A stretch of 64,000 nt of DNA from Lama guanicoe (taxonomy: Eukaryota). Position 1 is the first letter of the stretch. Every line of letters starts with the position of its first letter. Under the pieces are notes generated by a model. It saw nothing but the letters and a program-made list of their open reading frames with translations. It was not told the origin of the DNA and searched no databases. The DNA is taken from positions 9,199,957-9,263,956 of the forward strand of contig MU053881.1 of assembly GCA_013239625.1 (NCBI GenBank), written 5' to 3'. Made by a program: the position numbers and the translations under genes. Shown here in pieces: positions 50,286 to 63,520 of the stretch.

Positions 50286-51869
50286 CATTGAGTTCTGCAA
50301 TAAAAGTTAGAGCCTAGCAGCCTGATATTGTTTGACAGGGTGGAAGGGGAAGCCATTATTACTCGTGACACTAATGCCACCATTTGCATGATGTCACCAG
50401 GTCCAGGCCAGGGATAAGATGCCTACATTTATCCTGAATTGAAGATACTTGGTGGTGACAGGCATTACTGTGAGCGCTGCCACAATCTATGTGCTAATTT
50501 TTACAGAGGTTGGGAATTTTATGTAAAAGATGTATATGTGGCCCTAGGTTTCTTAGGTATCTTTGTTGGATCACATTGTATTTTTAATATTTTATTAAAC
50601 ACACTCTACCTCTGATATTGACAAAGCACTACCAAAACTGAGAGATCCTATTTTAATGAGGATTTACGTGGAGAGTTGGTACTATACCCCATTGCCAGTG
50701 AGATACTACTCACTCTAAAAAATTTAATAACTCAAATTACTTGGGAGTAATAAAGTTTAGAGATAATATTGAATTATTTTTTTCTTTTGATTTCTAAGGA
50801 GAGAAGCTATTCTATTTATCTGAAAGCACGTCATACTTAACAAAATTACAATTAGTTTACCATTAAGAAACTTGATAGTTGAGTTCTTATACTTAAGAAC
50901 AACATACAGAAATCCAATTACAAATTCAAAAAATGCTTCCAGCAACTTGTTTTGCTTTAATAATATGTATTAATAATTAACTGACATTTTACACTAGAAA
51001 ATTTGTTTAAGTCTGGTGGCTAATCACGTCAGCGAAGATAGGACATTCACAAACAAATTAATTTGGATTTATTTAATTTAGACATGTTTAAAAAGTAGAC
51101 TCAAGATGACAGATAATTTCCAAAGCCAGAAACTCATGTCTAGAAATATCATCAAATACTACACAGCAAATACTTCTATGTGCCAATTATGACCCTATTT
51201 AAAACAATCACTCGTGTCCTGCAACTAGAAATCAAGCAAGAATTCAATAAAGTAGAACGGTGAAGCTAATAGTCTCAAAGAGCTACCCTCCTTTCTCACA
51301 CTCTCTTACCTTAATAATAGGATTGGACATCAGGAAATGGACCAGAAGTCAAGCAACCCTTAAGTCTCATTATCCCAAATGAACTCTACACCAGGAAATG
51401 TGACTCGATTGCTGAGTCTTATTTACTAAGAATAGCTTTAAACTGAACTTCAGATATCAGCATATTTGTAGCAGTGAGATACCAAATTATTTTTCTTTTC
51501 TGAAACGTATTGATGTGCGGTTTCTGATTTTTTCATTCCAGCCTGGAATGAAAACCAACTTTCACAAACTTAGCTGTAGTTAAAGCTAGTCTCTCCAAGT
51601 CATTCAAAGCAGAACCTTTTGAGAAGAATCATCAAGGGGTTTTGTAAATAGGTGGAAAAAATAAGGACAATTGCATGAAATGACTTGCATGTATCTCCTT
51701 GTCCTTGCTAACAGTCAATTCGATATTGCATGGATTCTAAAAAATTTTTGCTAGAGTCCATGTGAAATATTATATGCTACTCTAAAAACATCTGATGGAG
51801 TAGGTAATCCATAAATGGGGAGCTCTCTTTGAAAGCATTTATATCACAGCAGATCATAGCCATGCTGAT

Positions 51870-52177
51870 CTTCCTGTGTGAAATAGCTCTTCTTTCCACT
51901 GGTCCCTGGGTCAATTCTTACTCATACTTTAAGCCTGAGCTTAAATATCAATTCCCTAAAACAGATTTCCCTTGTCCAAGGTCATAAAGATTATGCCCCT
52001 TTCATATTGTCTCATCATCCCTTTCATTTCCTCCCACAGAATCTATCACAATTAGTGACTGTACATCTTCTAGGGTTTTCAGCTCATGCCTGCCTCTCCC
52101 AGCTCCATGAAGACAAAGCCTGTTTCTGTTTCGTGCGTTGCCATCTATTAAGGATTTTTTGAAAGAATGAATGAATG
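51870..52177 (+). mobile_element. L2 LINE 3' fragment
   Basis: 'gcctgcctctcccagctccatgaagacaaagcctgtttctgttt...gaatgaatgaat'. Confidence 0.65.
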
Positions 52178-52307
52178 GCCACCTAGTTTGAACAGTTCAT
52201 GTTTCTCATACACTTTATAAAATATCCAGATTCCATACAAATGGACAATTTTTAAAGAATAAGTTTACCTGCATCTTTCAACTCCCCTCCTATATCCATT
52301 AATTTTT

Positions 52308-52521
52308 TTTTGCATTCTTTTTAATTGATATATATAGTCAGTTTACAATGTTGTGTCAATTTCTGGTATATATCATAATATTTCAGTTATACATATACAT
52401 ACATATGTTCCTTTTCATATTTGTTTTCATTATAGGTTACTAAAAAATATTAATATAGTTCCCTGTGCTATACAGTATAAATTTGTTTATCTATTTTATG
52501 TATAGTAATTAGTATCTGCAA
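52308..52521 (-). mobile_element. 5'-truncated L1 3' UTR
   Basis: 'tatagtcagtttacaatgttgtgtcaatttctgg...atagttccctgtgctatacagta'; TSD atccattaRttttt at 52294-52307 and 52522-52535. Confidence 0.9.
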
Positions 52522-55500
52522 ATCCATTAGTTTTTATATGATGACAAGAGTTTGGCTGACAAAGCAATCCTTTTCCTTGTATCCATATACATCCCTTGTT
52601 TTTTTAGGGTCTCTGTGTTTTATATATTTGTACTCAGAATAACTAAGTAGCAGTTAAGATCATCACATGTTCTGCTCCTGTGTGAAGGCTCAAAAATAAT
52701 ACCAACAGTAGAATAATAACCATGAATTTTATAAACGTATTTTGCATTTGACTAATTTACTCATGTTAAAGATTGGAGGTAACTAATAATTCATCAGTCT
52801 TTTTCCATATGCAAGCCAAGAAAATGATAACATCAGTTTGAATATCAAACATAATGATACCGAGGCAGCTTTCAATCATCACTACGAAAATGATAGCATC
52901 GGTATGAATACTGAACACAATGGTACTGACGCAGCGTTCAGTCATCTGTGTTAATCCATCCCCACCAATAAGCGCAAAGCCTCTCTTTACCCTTGATTTG
53001 TTTTCCCCTTTAACCCGTTGTAAGAGCTGCTAAGAGGTGAAAAGATGGAGCCCACCACTTCCATTTTTGCCTCTGCTCAACCTCTTTGAATGGGGTAACT
53101 AAAAGTAGTATAACATCCTTTAGGAAAAGGAGAAGGAGGGGAAGAAAGGACAGCAGGAGAGGAGGAGGAGGCATGGTTAACTCACAAAGAGGATTATGGG
53201 TCTCCAGATACTCCACAAGGAATTACATTTGGGAAGAAATTCTGAGCTACCGAACACAGGTTTGCCAATAACGGAAGAGAGAATGCAATGACATTAGACA
53301 TTAATTCTGGATCAAAACCACACAACTAAAGGTGGGTCTAATGTCAGTGCTCTGGAGAGGCATAATGAAGTTCAGAGAAGTTATCAAGACTTTCATGTAC
53401 AGAATCCTCCTCCACAGAGTCACCAGGCTCTTTCTGGTCTTCCTACCTCCAAGTGGTTAAAGCAATATTTCTGCCAGTGAGATGCATGTAATTTTTCATT
53501 ATATGGTTTCAAATCAAGTTCCAGTCTTAGAAAACAGAAACAGAAAATCAACATTGTGAAGTATTATAGATTTTGCATGTCTAAACAGCTGTGATGAATT
53601 AGTCACAGTTACAATGAACTGTAGGAAAAATCTACAGGCAATGTATTGCTTTTGCAAGTTTTATATTAAAGTAAAAGAAAACCCTCAAGTAGTATTATAT
53701 AATAAATTATTGTAACAGTGGTTGGCAGTAGAAGTAATTTAAATAAGATTAATTTAACAACCTTTAAATATCAATAAGTTATAAATATCTTCATGCATGG
53801 GGGTCCACATTTCGCTTTATTTAGAAATAATGAATAATGCCAGTAGCCTAATATAACCCTAATAAGAGAATAGGAATACACTGCACTTAAACAATTTTCA
53901 TTAGAAGAGCTCAAATATTGCTTCCATTTGACAGAAACTGCATCTGTTCAATATTAGCCATGCAAAAGAGAAGTTCTGTGAAGTTTCCAAGTTAACGTTG
54001 CAAAGGAAAAGCAAACTAAATCCCAACACAACCAAATCATGAGATCCATCTCGCTGGCCGTGATCTGTTCTTAACTCTCATGGGAAGTAGTTGTCACAGC
54101 TCAGAGAGACCTAGCTCTTGACAGTGAGATCCTGGAGTCTCAAATAATCTATTGTAGAGTTTTTCAACTTACTTCTTTATTTCTGAACACCAAAAAAAGG
54201 CAAAGCAAAGCAAAGAAAAGAGAAAACAAAAGAAAAGAGGGAGGGTGTTATTCTACTGGTATATGCAACATGCATTTGGAGTAACTTTCAACTTGCCGCC
54301 ATCATCCTCATCTTCCCATCTTTCTCCTCCTTTTTCTCCTTCTGCATCACCCCCCACCCCAACTTCTTTCCCTCTTCCTCCCTAAAGACTGAACTTCCAC
54401 AAGGGTGCTGTCTAGGTTAAGCATCAGATCTGTTAAGGAATAAAAAGGAAGGTTAAACATTGCATATACATTATGTTCTAATGGCTTTTTCATTGTGTGC
54501 TTTCAATGTTTGAAAAACATAAGAACAGTAAAGATTTTGTATTGTGCAGTATTGAGTTATTTTTAGCTCTTAATCGTTTACTGTATTTCCAAATTCCCCA
54601 CAGCAAAATGTATTACTTTGATTAGTAAATAATTGTAATATATAAACTTCCAAATGTTATTTCTAAACTTAAATGAGCTATGGTCCCTGCCCAGAAGAAT
54701 GTATGAAGATCAGAGTCTTAAATATCTCACATAAGAATGCATGTAATAGACTTTTGAGGGTTGATTTTGGGAGTGGAAGGTATACAAGTGGAGTGGGTGG
54801 GTGCTCCCTGCTCTGCACGGACCAGACAGCTGGACATTTGACTGGAAGAAGAAAGAGAAGACACAGAATGGCTTTGAAGAGTGACAGAGCACAGCTGAAA
54901 TAAAAGAAGACTAAATAGGTTTCGGACCAACTCCTTAAGAGTTGGGTTTGACTAGGAGTCTAAAACAGAACCACCAAAACTAGGGAGAAGAGGTTTGGTT
55001 GGATTGATTTATTAAAACTGAAAAAAGTGAAGTTTTAACCTATAAAGCGGTAAGTTAACAAAATAAATAAAATATAATTCACATAGACATATGAGGAGAC
55101 GGACATTATGTAGGTGGTTTTTAAAACCTACTTCTTAGATGAATTATGTGCTACTGTTCACTTTAATACTTAAACTAGCAGTCCTCAAAAGTTGGTGTGA
55201 ACACTCTTCTGGAAGGTTGATAAAAATCTAGACCTCTGTTTTCTACACACATTTTGACGTTTGGGCTTAGAAGTGTCTCAGGAATGTGCTTTTTTAAGTG
55301 TGAATCCCCACCTGAAGCCAGCGCAATCACTCAAGAACCACACTCTGTAAAACACTGTAAAATCCCCAATGGGGATTCAGTGATTTTTTTTTTTTTTTAC
55401 TAAAATCAACTATTTAACCAGCATGTTTTTCTAGGCAGATATTCTTAGACATCTTGAAAAGAAAAGAAATAACTTAACCAAGCAAAATGTAATGTCCTAT

Positions 55501-56689
55501 AATTATGAAAGACTCCATTATAGACAGGGAAATATACAAATGCATTGGAAGGAGCTCAACAAAGATTTGAAAATGGCCAAGCTTTTCTGTATTGTTTGTC
55601 CAATGAATATTAAAATTCATAGTTGAACGAAATAGCAGTTAAAGAAAATGAAGCAAATAAATGGATTGCAAAAACTGTAATCTGAAAGTGGCATTTTATT
55701 TGTATCTTGAGCATATAACACATTTTTCTTTCATTAAACTGGTGCATGCTGTTTTCTTGCGTCTATTCATCCTATTAGCTCCTGATTCATAATTTGACTG
55801 CTTATGGTCCTGATTGTTAAACAAAAAGGAAGAAATAGGTCACTTAAGTTCTTCTACCAGAGGCTGCAGATATACTGGGCTCAAATAAGGCAGTCGAATT
55901 CTTAATATGGCCAGAGTGCATCACAATATTGTTATCATAAACTCTACCATAAATATATGCATTCTGGTCATTTACAAGTGAAAAGTGGTCAGAGTTCAAG
56001 TCAAAAATGAAATATTCCTAGCACATCGTAGCCATGCCAAAAATATCTAGAGCAAGCAACATGACCTAGTACTTTTTTTTTCGGTTTTGTTTCCAAGTTC
56101 CCTACTATCTTTGTCAAATGTCAAGTTCAGAAAAATAGTTCCTTTTTAGAGGTGACAACTATACAAATGATAACAAAAACCAAGCTTTCTCTTGACATAT
56201 TTCTACTTCACCTTTTTTTTCTCTTTCCCCAGTACTTCTGCTATGATAATTAATTGGTTAGTTCAATAAATATTTATTTCTAAGAACTGCCATCCCAAAC
56301 CAAAATATGGTGGGGGAGTGTGTGGTGAAATCCAGCCACCCCAAGTCCCCATATCTTCCTTACTAAGAAGGAAGGAGCAATTGATTTAACAAGACCTGAC
56401 ATTCATTCACTCCAGTTAAAGGCCACCAAAGAGCTCCCACTCTTGGTTCCAACTGTAGAGTGGGTGATGTGAATATGGGCAGAGGGTTGGAAACAACGAG
56501 ATGGAAGGAGGATGTGAGGAATGCTGATGGGGAGGAAGAAGTCAGTAAAGAGTAAACCATGAAATATGAAAATGTACTGAACCTTATGCCACTGACCACT
56601 AATAAGAAATGGATTAAGAGAACTCTGAGAATGTATCTACACAAAGCCCACGATCAACGTGAACAAGCAGCCAGAGCTACAGAATGAAG

Positions 56690-57260
56690 TGCTCACTGAA
56701 AATCCATAATGGATGATCACCTGGTACAGACCATGTGCTGGTGGCCATGCAAGAGAAGACACGTGGTGAGGAACATGCTCCTTGCCCTCAAGGAGCTGAC
56801 TCTCTAGCCTGAAGAGGGGAGAACCCCCACAATGACCTCGACCCTGAAAAGACCAGCACATCGTGATTCCCAGCTAAGTGCAGGGGAACACAGGTTGTAT
56901 GACTGGCAATCAAGAGGGATGAGCAAGAATGAGTGAGGCAAAGAGGTAAAAGAAGGGCAGCTCAGGTAGATACAGAAGCTTGACCCAAGCCATCTGGAAA
57001 AGGACAATAAGCAGCATGTTTGCAAAACAAATGATTTGCATGACTAGTATCTACAGCCTGGGTATGGACTAAAATGACTACAGATAAAGAGAGATTGGTG
57101 ATGCTTATGAAAGTCTATGCTCTGATATCATCCTGAGAAGTATGGAATTAATTCTATAGTAACAGAAGCTGCTGAAGATTTTAAAGTTGATGAATAAAAT
57201 GAGCAGTTGTGAGCATGGAGCAAACTGAGGAGGTCATTTATTATCTGGAGCCATCCAGGA
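56690..57260 (-). mobile_element. L2 LINE fragment
   Basis: 'ccttgccctcaaggagctgactctctag...ttatgaaagtctatgct...tcctgagaagtatgga...ctgaagattttaaag'. Confidence 0.6.
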
Positions 57261-57400
57261 ATTTTTCCTTCTGCCAAACACCTACCGGTCTTCCTTTGGA
57301 GGGGCTGCCTCTGTCCCCTGGACTCAAGAGTCATCGGGGCTAGGGAGTGCAATACCCACCTCATCTCATCACACCCTTGGGGGACCCTATCTTCTCTTAG

Positions 57401-57517
57401 AATCTTCCACCCATCTTATAGGTACATCTAGAAACTAGGCATGAAAAGCAAGCTCATTCCATCACACACTGCTTGCCTGGAATTTGGACTTGAGCCCATG
57501 ATGGAGATGAAAACAAG
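57401..57517 (+). other. Candidate non-coding exon
   Basis: Perfect donor AAG|GTAAGT at 57517/57518; acceptors 'cttctcttag|' (57400) or 'catcttatag|' (57421); stops in all three frames. Confidence 0.25.
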
Positions 57518-57949
57518 GTAAGTACCCCCTTCACCTGCAGCACCCTCACCAGGTAGCTCTTAAAACTGCTCACAAATTTCACTCTTTCCTTCTCCTTGGC
57601 CATCCAAGTCACCTTGGTTCCTGCCCATGGCTTTCTATTTTTAAAAATTTTTTTGAGACATAACATGGACAATTTATTGACCACAAGCAACTTGGCAGAT
57701 GATCCTTTTACATTATGTTGCACTGATTGAGAGCATACAAATCATCTCTTCACAATAATAAAACACACTCAGTAGGGAGAAAAGGACATTTATATTTTGG
57801 GTTTAGTATTCAGTGGACAGAAACCTCAAAGGCTGAAGTGATTATTAAACAGAACAGTTGCCAACTAAATATGGGACAGATCTGCTATAAAAAACAAGGC
57901 CCTGCAACTCTGTCCCCTCTGCTCTCAGGCGCCACACACTGTCAGCTTT

Positions 57950-58146
57950 ATCACACACACGCCTTACAGAACCCACACACTCATAAGCACACATGCACAC
58001 ACCTGAGAGAATACAGGCACTTAAATATTTATACACATAAACATACACACATACATGTACATACATATACACACTCATTTCACAGAACATACTTTCATAT
58101 ACATGCACACACATACGTACACACACACACACACAGACACACACAT
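57950..58146. repeat. Degenerate (CA)/(CATA)-rich low-complexity tract
   Basis: Direct reading. Confidence 0.9.
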
Positions 58147-58299
58147 CTTCACTGGTTGGATCAAAACAGGGCAGACAATAGGGACTAAGTGTATCTTCCT
58201 TACAGTGCGTCTTCCATCTAATCAAGAGTCACCACACCTGTCTCTGTCAGTTCAAAGTCATTGGGAAGCTCCCAAGAGCAGCCATCTTGCATCCATCTT

Positions 58300-58530
58300 T
58301 TCCTTTTTTTTTTTTTCATGGAAGTTTCAAACATGGCCCAAAATAAAGAGAACAGCAAATGCACTCATATACCCATTATCCAGCTACAAAACTCACCAAC
58401 GCATCATGATTCTTGTCTCCTTTAAAGCCCCATCCACCTTCACCCTACCATGGAAAATTTTGAAGCGAACTCTAGAAAGAACATTATGTTATCTATAAAT
58501 ATTTCAGTATGCATTTCTAAAACAGGATTT
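58300..58530 (-). mobile_element. Old L1M(C/E)-like 3' fragment
   Basis: 'ggaagtttcaaacat...aaaataaagagaa...ttttgaagcgaactctaga...ctataaatatttcagtatgcatttctaaaa'. Confidence 0.65.
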
Positions 58531-61500
58531 TTTTTTTTTTGCCAACATCCCCCATGCTCATGGTTCTAGCGTTGGTTCTTTGCCTGGTTCAGTAATTCTC
58601 TGAGATTCTACTTTCCTTCCACTAAATCCCTCTGTTGCTCATTTCCCCAAAGTTGTCTGTGTTGCTTGCAGCTGAGGAGAGATACCTGATGAAGTAACTG
58701 TGGTGAAAGCATCTGATGGTGGGACAGTGAAGGGCGCCCCCAGGACAATGTTAAGGACTCAGGGACCTTTGTCAGCAGTGGAAGAAGGTTACAGAAGACA
58801 CAGTGGAAGGGGCCAGAAAAGGAGCACAGGATGAAAAAAAGCAAGGAGAGAGGACTGGCCAAACTAGGGGGGAAAGCACACAGACCACAGTCACTGTATT
58901 TTGGCAGCTATGGTACATTTTGATATACTTTAGAATTTTTTCTTTCTTTTGCATTAGACTGAGTTTTCGTTTGTTTACAACCACTATTCATGAAGCTCAA
59001 CCTTGGTTTTACAATAAAATATAAATGATTGTACATTTTAAAATAACCCCTAATAAAGAGAATATTTTCATTGTCTCACTAATGACACTCCCACACAGGT
59101 CATCCTCTCCTGAAACTGAAGAGGGAAGATGATGAGACATTTTACAATTTGGAAGACAACGTTAACGAAATAAACCATGAAAAGGGTAGTTTGCCTGAAG
59201 TCACGTTGTGCCATCATCCTTGGGAGGACCCAAAGGTTCTCTGCGAGGCCGTCTGTGGAGGGCTGTCTACTCGGTGCTGGTGTGAAAACTTTCAGACAAC
59301 AACTGCTTTGTTTGTCCCTGCACCCGCCCAGCTCCTGTGTCAGGATGGAGGAGTGCGCAGCTGTGTAGTAGGAAACGTTCAGACCCAAGGGCCGATGTCT
59401 CAAGTATAAGAACGAACCCTCTGGTGGAAAAAGATAATCCCTGAAATTCTTACTCCTCATGGCAATGCCACACCTGCTTAGAAGTTAAGGTCTAAAACCT
59501 GAACTCTCCAAAATGTGAGCAAAGTGGTAGAAACATGGCCAATGTAAGTATGATCACTGAAGTACAAAGTCATTCCGTAGACGGACCTAAAATCAGACTC
59601 TAAAGATTAATGTCTGCAGAAACAGGAAAAAAAGCACCAAACCTGATGCTGCTTAAGAGTTGCAAGTGCCTCTGCATCCAATGAACGGAGCAAAAAAAGA
59701 ACAGCAGATGGCACAGACGACAATGTAATCCTAGACGCACGGAGGTCATGTTCAACGTTAAAAGCATGCAGCTCATTAGAACAACAAACTCGCCCCCTCC
59801 CCGCCCCTCAGAAGAACAGAGATTTGTAATCTGTAATTGGTCGGAAATGAAAGGCCAGCTCACAGTCTCTGGTCAGCTCCCACAAGGAGCCTCCTGACAT
59901 AATTCTGAGGCTGTTAGGAGCCAATGATCTGAAGGATATTTTTGATTAGAGGTATACCAGATGGACAGATATCAGAGGCGAGCCAGGTTGCATCAAATCA
60001 CAAGGATGGTTGTTATTTCTCTGATAACGAAGAGACTGTTCAAACTTGGGTCCTCCGCATTCACTCTCAAAGGAGACAACTGGCATTCGGGAACACTTAA
60101 CTACCAAGTCGCCCTGTCCCACGCCACTCACCCTGTGGGTGACCCAATAAATATTAATTAAAGATGATATAAAGCAGCTCATTCCGGGCCGAGGCAGGTT
60201 AGCTGATCAGCAGTGCAGCACCTACCCTTCTGCGACACCCCAGGTAGAAGAGGGAGGCAAAACGGTTTTCCTAATTGAAACTACAGGGGGTCTTCAGGTA
60301 ACAGAATGCAATTACCTAACCTGGAATTTGGCCAGAGCAATGGGGTGTACGCCTCATGTTTCCAAAGAGGAGGTCATAATGGTGCAAAACAGCAGGAGAT
60401 CTTCCGTCCACACTGGCAGGAAGTGACAAAACTGACCATGGTGAATGTGGAACTGTCAAAGGTACACGATGGTCCTGCTAAGAGAATGCATTACGGAGGT
60501 ATCTGAGTAAGGATCTGTTTTGTAGGAGAACATCTCTTTAGAATTCATGAAAAGAGTCTGAGGAATGAGACCCCTGCTGCAAGGTGGGAGTCCTTCCTGT
60601 GCCTCTGCTTTTTTTGTGAACTGTATTGAGAGGGATCCTTCTGTATTGGGAAGTGTCGACAGTTCACCAGGCGCCAGGGGAGATGTAAGTGGGGGCAGAT
60701 TCTTTCTCTCCAAAACGTCCCATTAGGATGGCTTGTCACTCATGCATCCTTCTCACCCGAAGTTTCTTCCCCTTTGATGTTACCATCCTACTCAGTCACT
60801 CTGACCTTCTAACACTGTAGGTAGCCTCTATGTAGCCAGAGGACAATGTTTTGACATGTGAAACAGGCACTGACTCCTCCTCGGCCAAAAGTGACCATCT
60901 AGATGGATGAAATTGCTGCAGGATTCTAATTATGCAAATAGTTTCTATAGACTCTTTCACATTTAAATTTTACGCTGCCCTTGTTTTTAAATCTGCCCGT
61001 GATGCGCTTCCATGCCTATTTTATTTTGCAAGTCTCTCTAGGAGTACTGATTTAAACTCCATTTTTGAGGACAACGAGGAGGGGGAAAAAAAATCAAATC
61101 TACAGATGGCTAGCATCTGTGGTTCTACGGTGTTAACATGTACAATAACACACAGTCTCTAATTGAATACAAGAATGTAACTCAATCGACGGTCTGTGCT
61201 AACATCATAAACCGTGACAGTGCAACCCAAGCAATTAATAAATAGTAATAGCACCTCTCAATTGAATTCTGTCAGGAAGGGGCATTGTAATGGAGCTTCC
61301 TGCAGTATACTTTTCTTGAATTACACCTGCGAACAAAATAAAAGAGGAAACTCAAAAAATCATGTCGCAGCCATTAATTTTCTATGTGTGTCACTAAGGA
61401 GAAAAACCAACAACGACAACAAAAGAGAAGACGTATAATGGACAAAGAGGAAGTGATTAGTCACTGATTGCTGCTGTCTGGGAAGAGTTTTGGTCTCAGT

Positions 61501-62089
61501 GACATTAAGTTTCAGCTTACCAAAATCCATCTGAACCTACACATCCCCTCGGTGTCATTTTAAAAATCGAAGTAAACATCAGCATTGAAAGCAGTAATAC
61601 AAAGAGACAGGGCAATCTTCTAAAGCTACCAGGCATTTCTCCCTGCTGCTGATAAACATACCCTTGAACAGTTCAGAGCACTAAACGAGGAGGGAGAATT
61701 TTGTGAGTCTTTCGAGCAACAGACTGAAATGAATCACATCAAGATCACAGCGTCACCCTGCAAGTCCTATTGTCTGCCCTAACTTAATTTCTAAAAGGAC
61801 TTGTCCTAGTTCTGTTTTAAAATCCATTCCAATTGATTTAGAGTTCAAGATCATCTATATTTGTGGCAAGGCTGAAGCTCCCTTGCTTGCACTAGGAATT
61901 CTCTTTAGTCTGGGTTAGTATATGGCAGAGGAAACTATTTGAGAGCCTGCATAATATTCTGCAAAATTTTAAAACCACTGAAAAATGAACCTTGGCTTTG
62001 AGGTCACCAGAAGCAATTTTTAACCAATGACTTAACTACTTCTTGAGCTGAAAAACATTTTACACTGAGTATATGTTAGGCTAGCTTTA

Positions 62090-63028
62090 TTATTTATTTA
62101 CTTACATTTTTAATTGAAGTATCTTTGATTTAAAGAGTTTGTTAGTTTCAGATGTACAGCATACTGATTTGGGGTCTTTTTTTTCAGATTATATTACAAG
62201 ATATTGAATATAATTCCCTGTGTTACACAGTAAATTTTTGTTACTTATCTATTTTATGTATAGTAGTTTGTATTCATTAATCCCAGACTCCTAATTTGTC
62301 CCTCCTACCTTCCCTCTCCCCTTGGTAACCAGAAGTTTGTGTTTCTATGTCTGTGAGTCTGTTTCTGTTCTGTAAATAAGTTCATTTGTGTCATATTTTG
62401 TATATTATATATAAGTTATGTTCTATAGTATTTGTGTTTCCCTGTCTGACTTATTTCATGAAGCATAATATTCTCTAGGTCCATCCATGTTGCTGCAAAT
62501 GGCAATACATTATTCTTTTTTATGGCTGAGTAATATTTCATTGTATATATGGAATATATATATTCATATATACATATGTATATATATATAAATAAAATGG
62601 AATATTACTCAAGAGGGTATGGAGAAAAGGGAACCCTCTTTTCTCCATACTCTCTTAAGCCTATTATTTGTAGACTTTTTGATGACAGCCATTCTGATTG
62701 GTGGGAGGTGATCCCTCACTGTGGTTTTGATTTGCATTTCTCTAATCATTAGCAATGTTGAGTATCATTTCTTGTGCCTGTTAGCCATCTGTATGTCTTC
62801 TCTGGAAAAAATGTCTATTTAGTCCGGCTCGTGTTTTGATTGGGTTGTTTGTTATTTTGATTGGCGTGTATGAGCTGTTTGGTGTATTTTGGCTATTAAC
62901 CCCTTGTCAGTCACAACATTTGCAAATATTTTCTCTCTTTCTGTAGGTTGCTTTTACATGTTGTTGATGGTTTCTTTTGCTGTGCCAAAGCTTTTAAATT
63001 GGATTAGGCCCCATTTTAAAATTTTTGC
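62090..63028 (-). mobile_element. L1 3' portion with internal deletion/inversion
   Basis: 'taattgaagtatc...tctaggtccatccatgttgctgcaaatggca...gtggttttgatttgcatttctctaat...ttttgctgtgccaaagctttt'; possible TSD ttaggcta..ttta (62076, 63029). Confidence 0.9.
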
Positions 63029-63099
63029 TTAGGCTAATTTAAAAAATTCAAATTGCTATTGATTGCAATTGTAAAAGAACTGTAAGTCTTACATTCTTT

Positions 63100-63520
63100 T
63101 GGTTTTGTTTAGTCTCTAGTCTGCAAACAATGAAAACTAATTTAAGGAATCCTAAACAAGACAGGGATTTTATTGCAAGGATGCTGAACACCTTAAAGAA
63201 TCCACATAAAACAGGAAAGATGAGGACTGCAGGAAGGGCAGAAATTAAGGCACTTCCACAGAGTACTGCCAGCAGTTATTCTGCAAACTTCCTTAACATG
63301 CATTAATTCCCAACTCCCATTCTCCACATTTCCAGAAGAAAATCTGCTAAATACTGCTCATTCCAGCTCGGGTTGTACATCTTGTTCTTACTCTAATCAT
63401 TTGTTACCCAGGGAGGCTGGGTCATAAAATACACCTGGCTGCCCTTGTCCCACCCTTGTGCTCCTGTGAACAGAGACTACATTAAAGGAAGGATGCTGCT
63501 GTAGGCTGAGGAAGCATCGC
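63100..63520 (-). mobile_element. Old MLT1 (J/K/L-like) LTR, degenerate
   Basis: 'tgcaaacaatgaaaactaa...aaacaagacagggattttattgcaaggat...cagggaggctgggtcat...ggatgctg'. Confidence 0.4.

Noticed and set aside
57727..58498. His/Thr-rich and Val/Cys-rich ORFs
   Set aside because: Translations of the CA-rich low-complexity tract.
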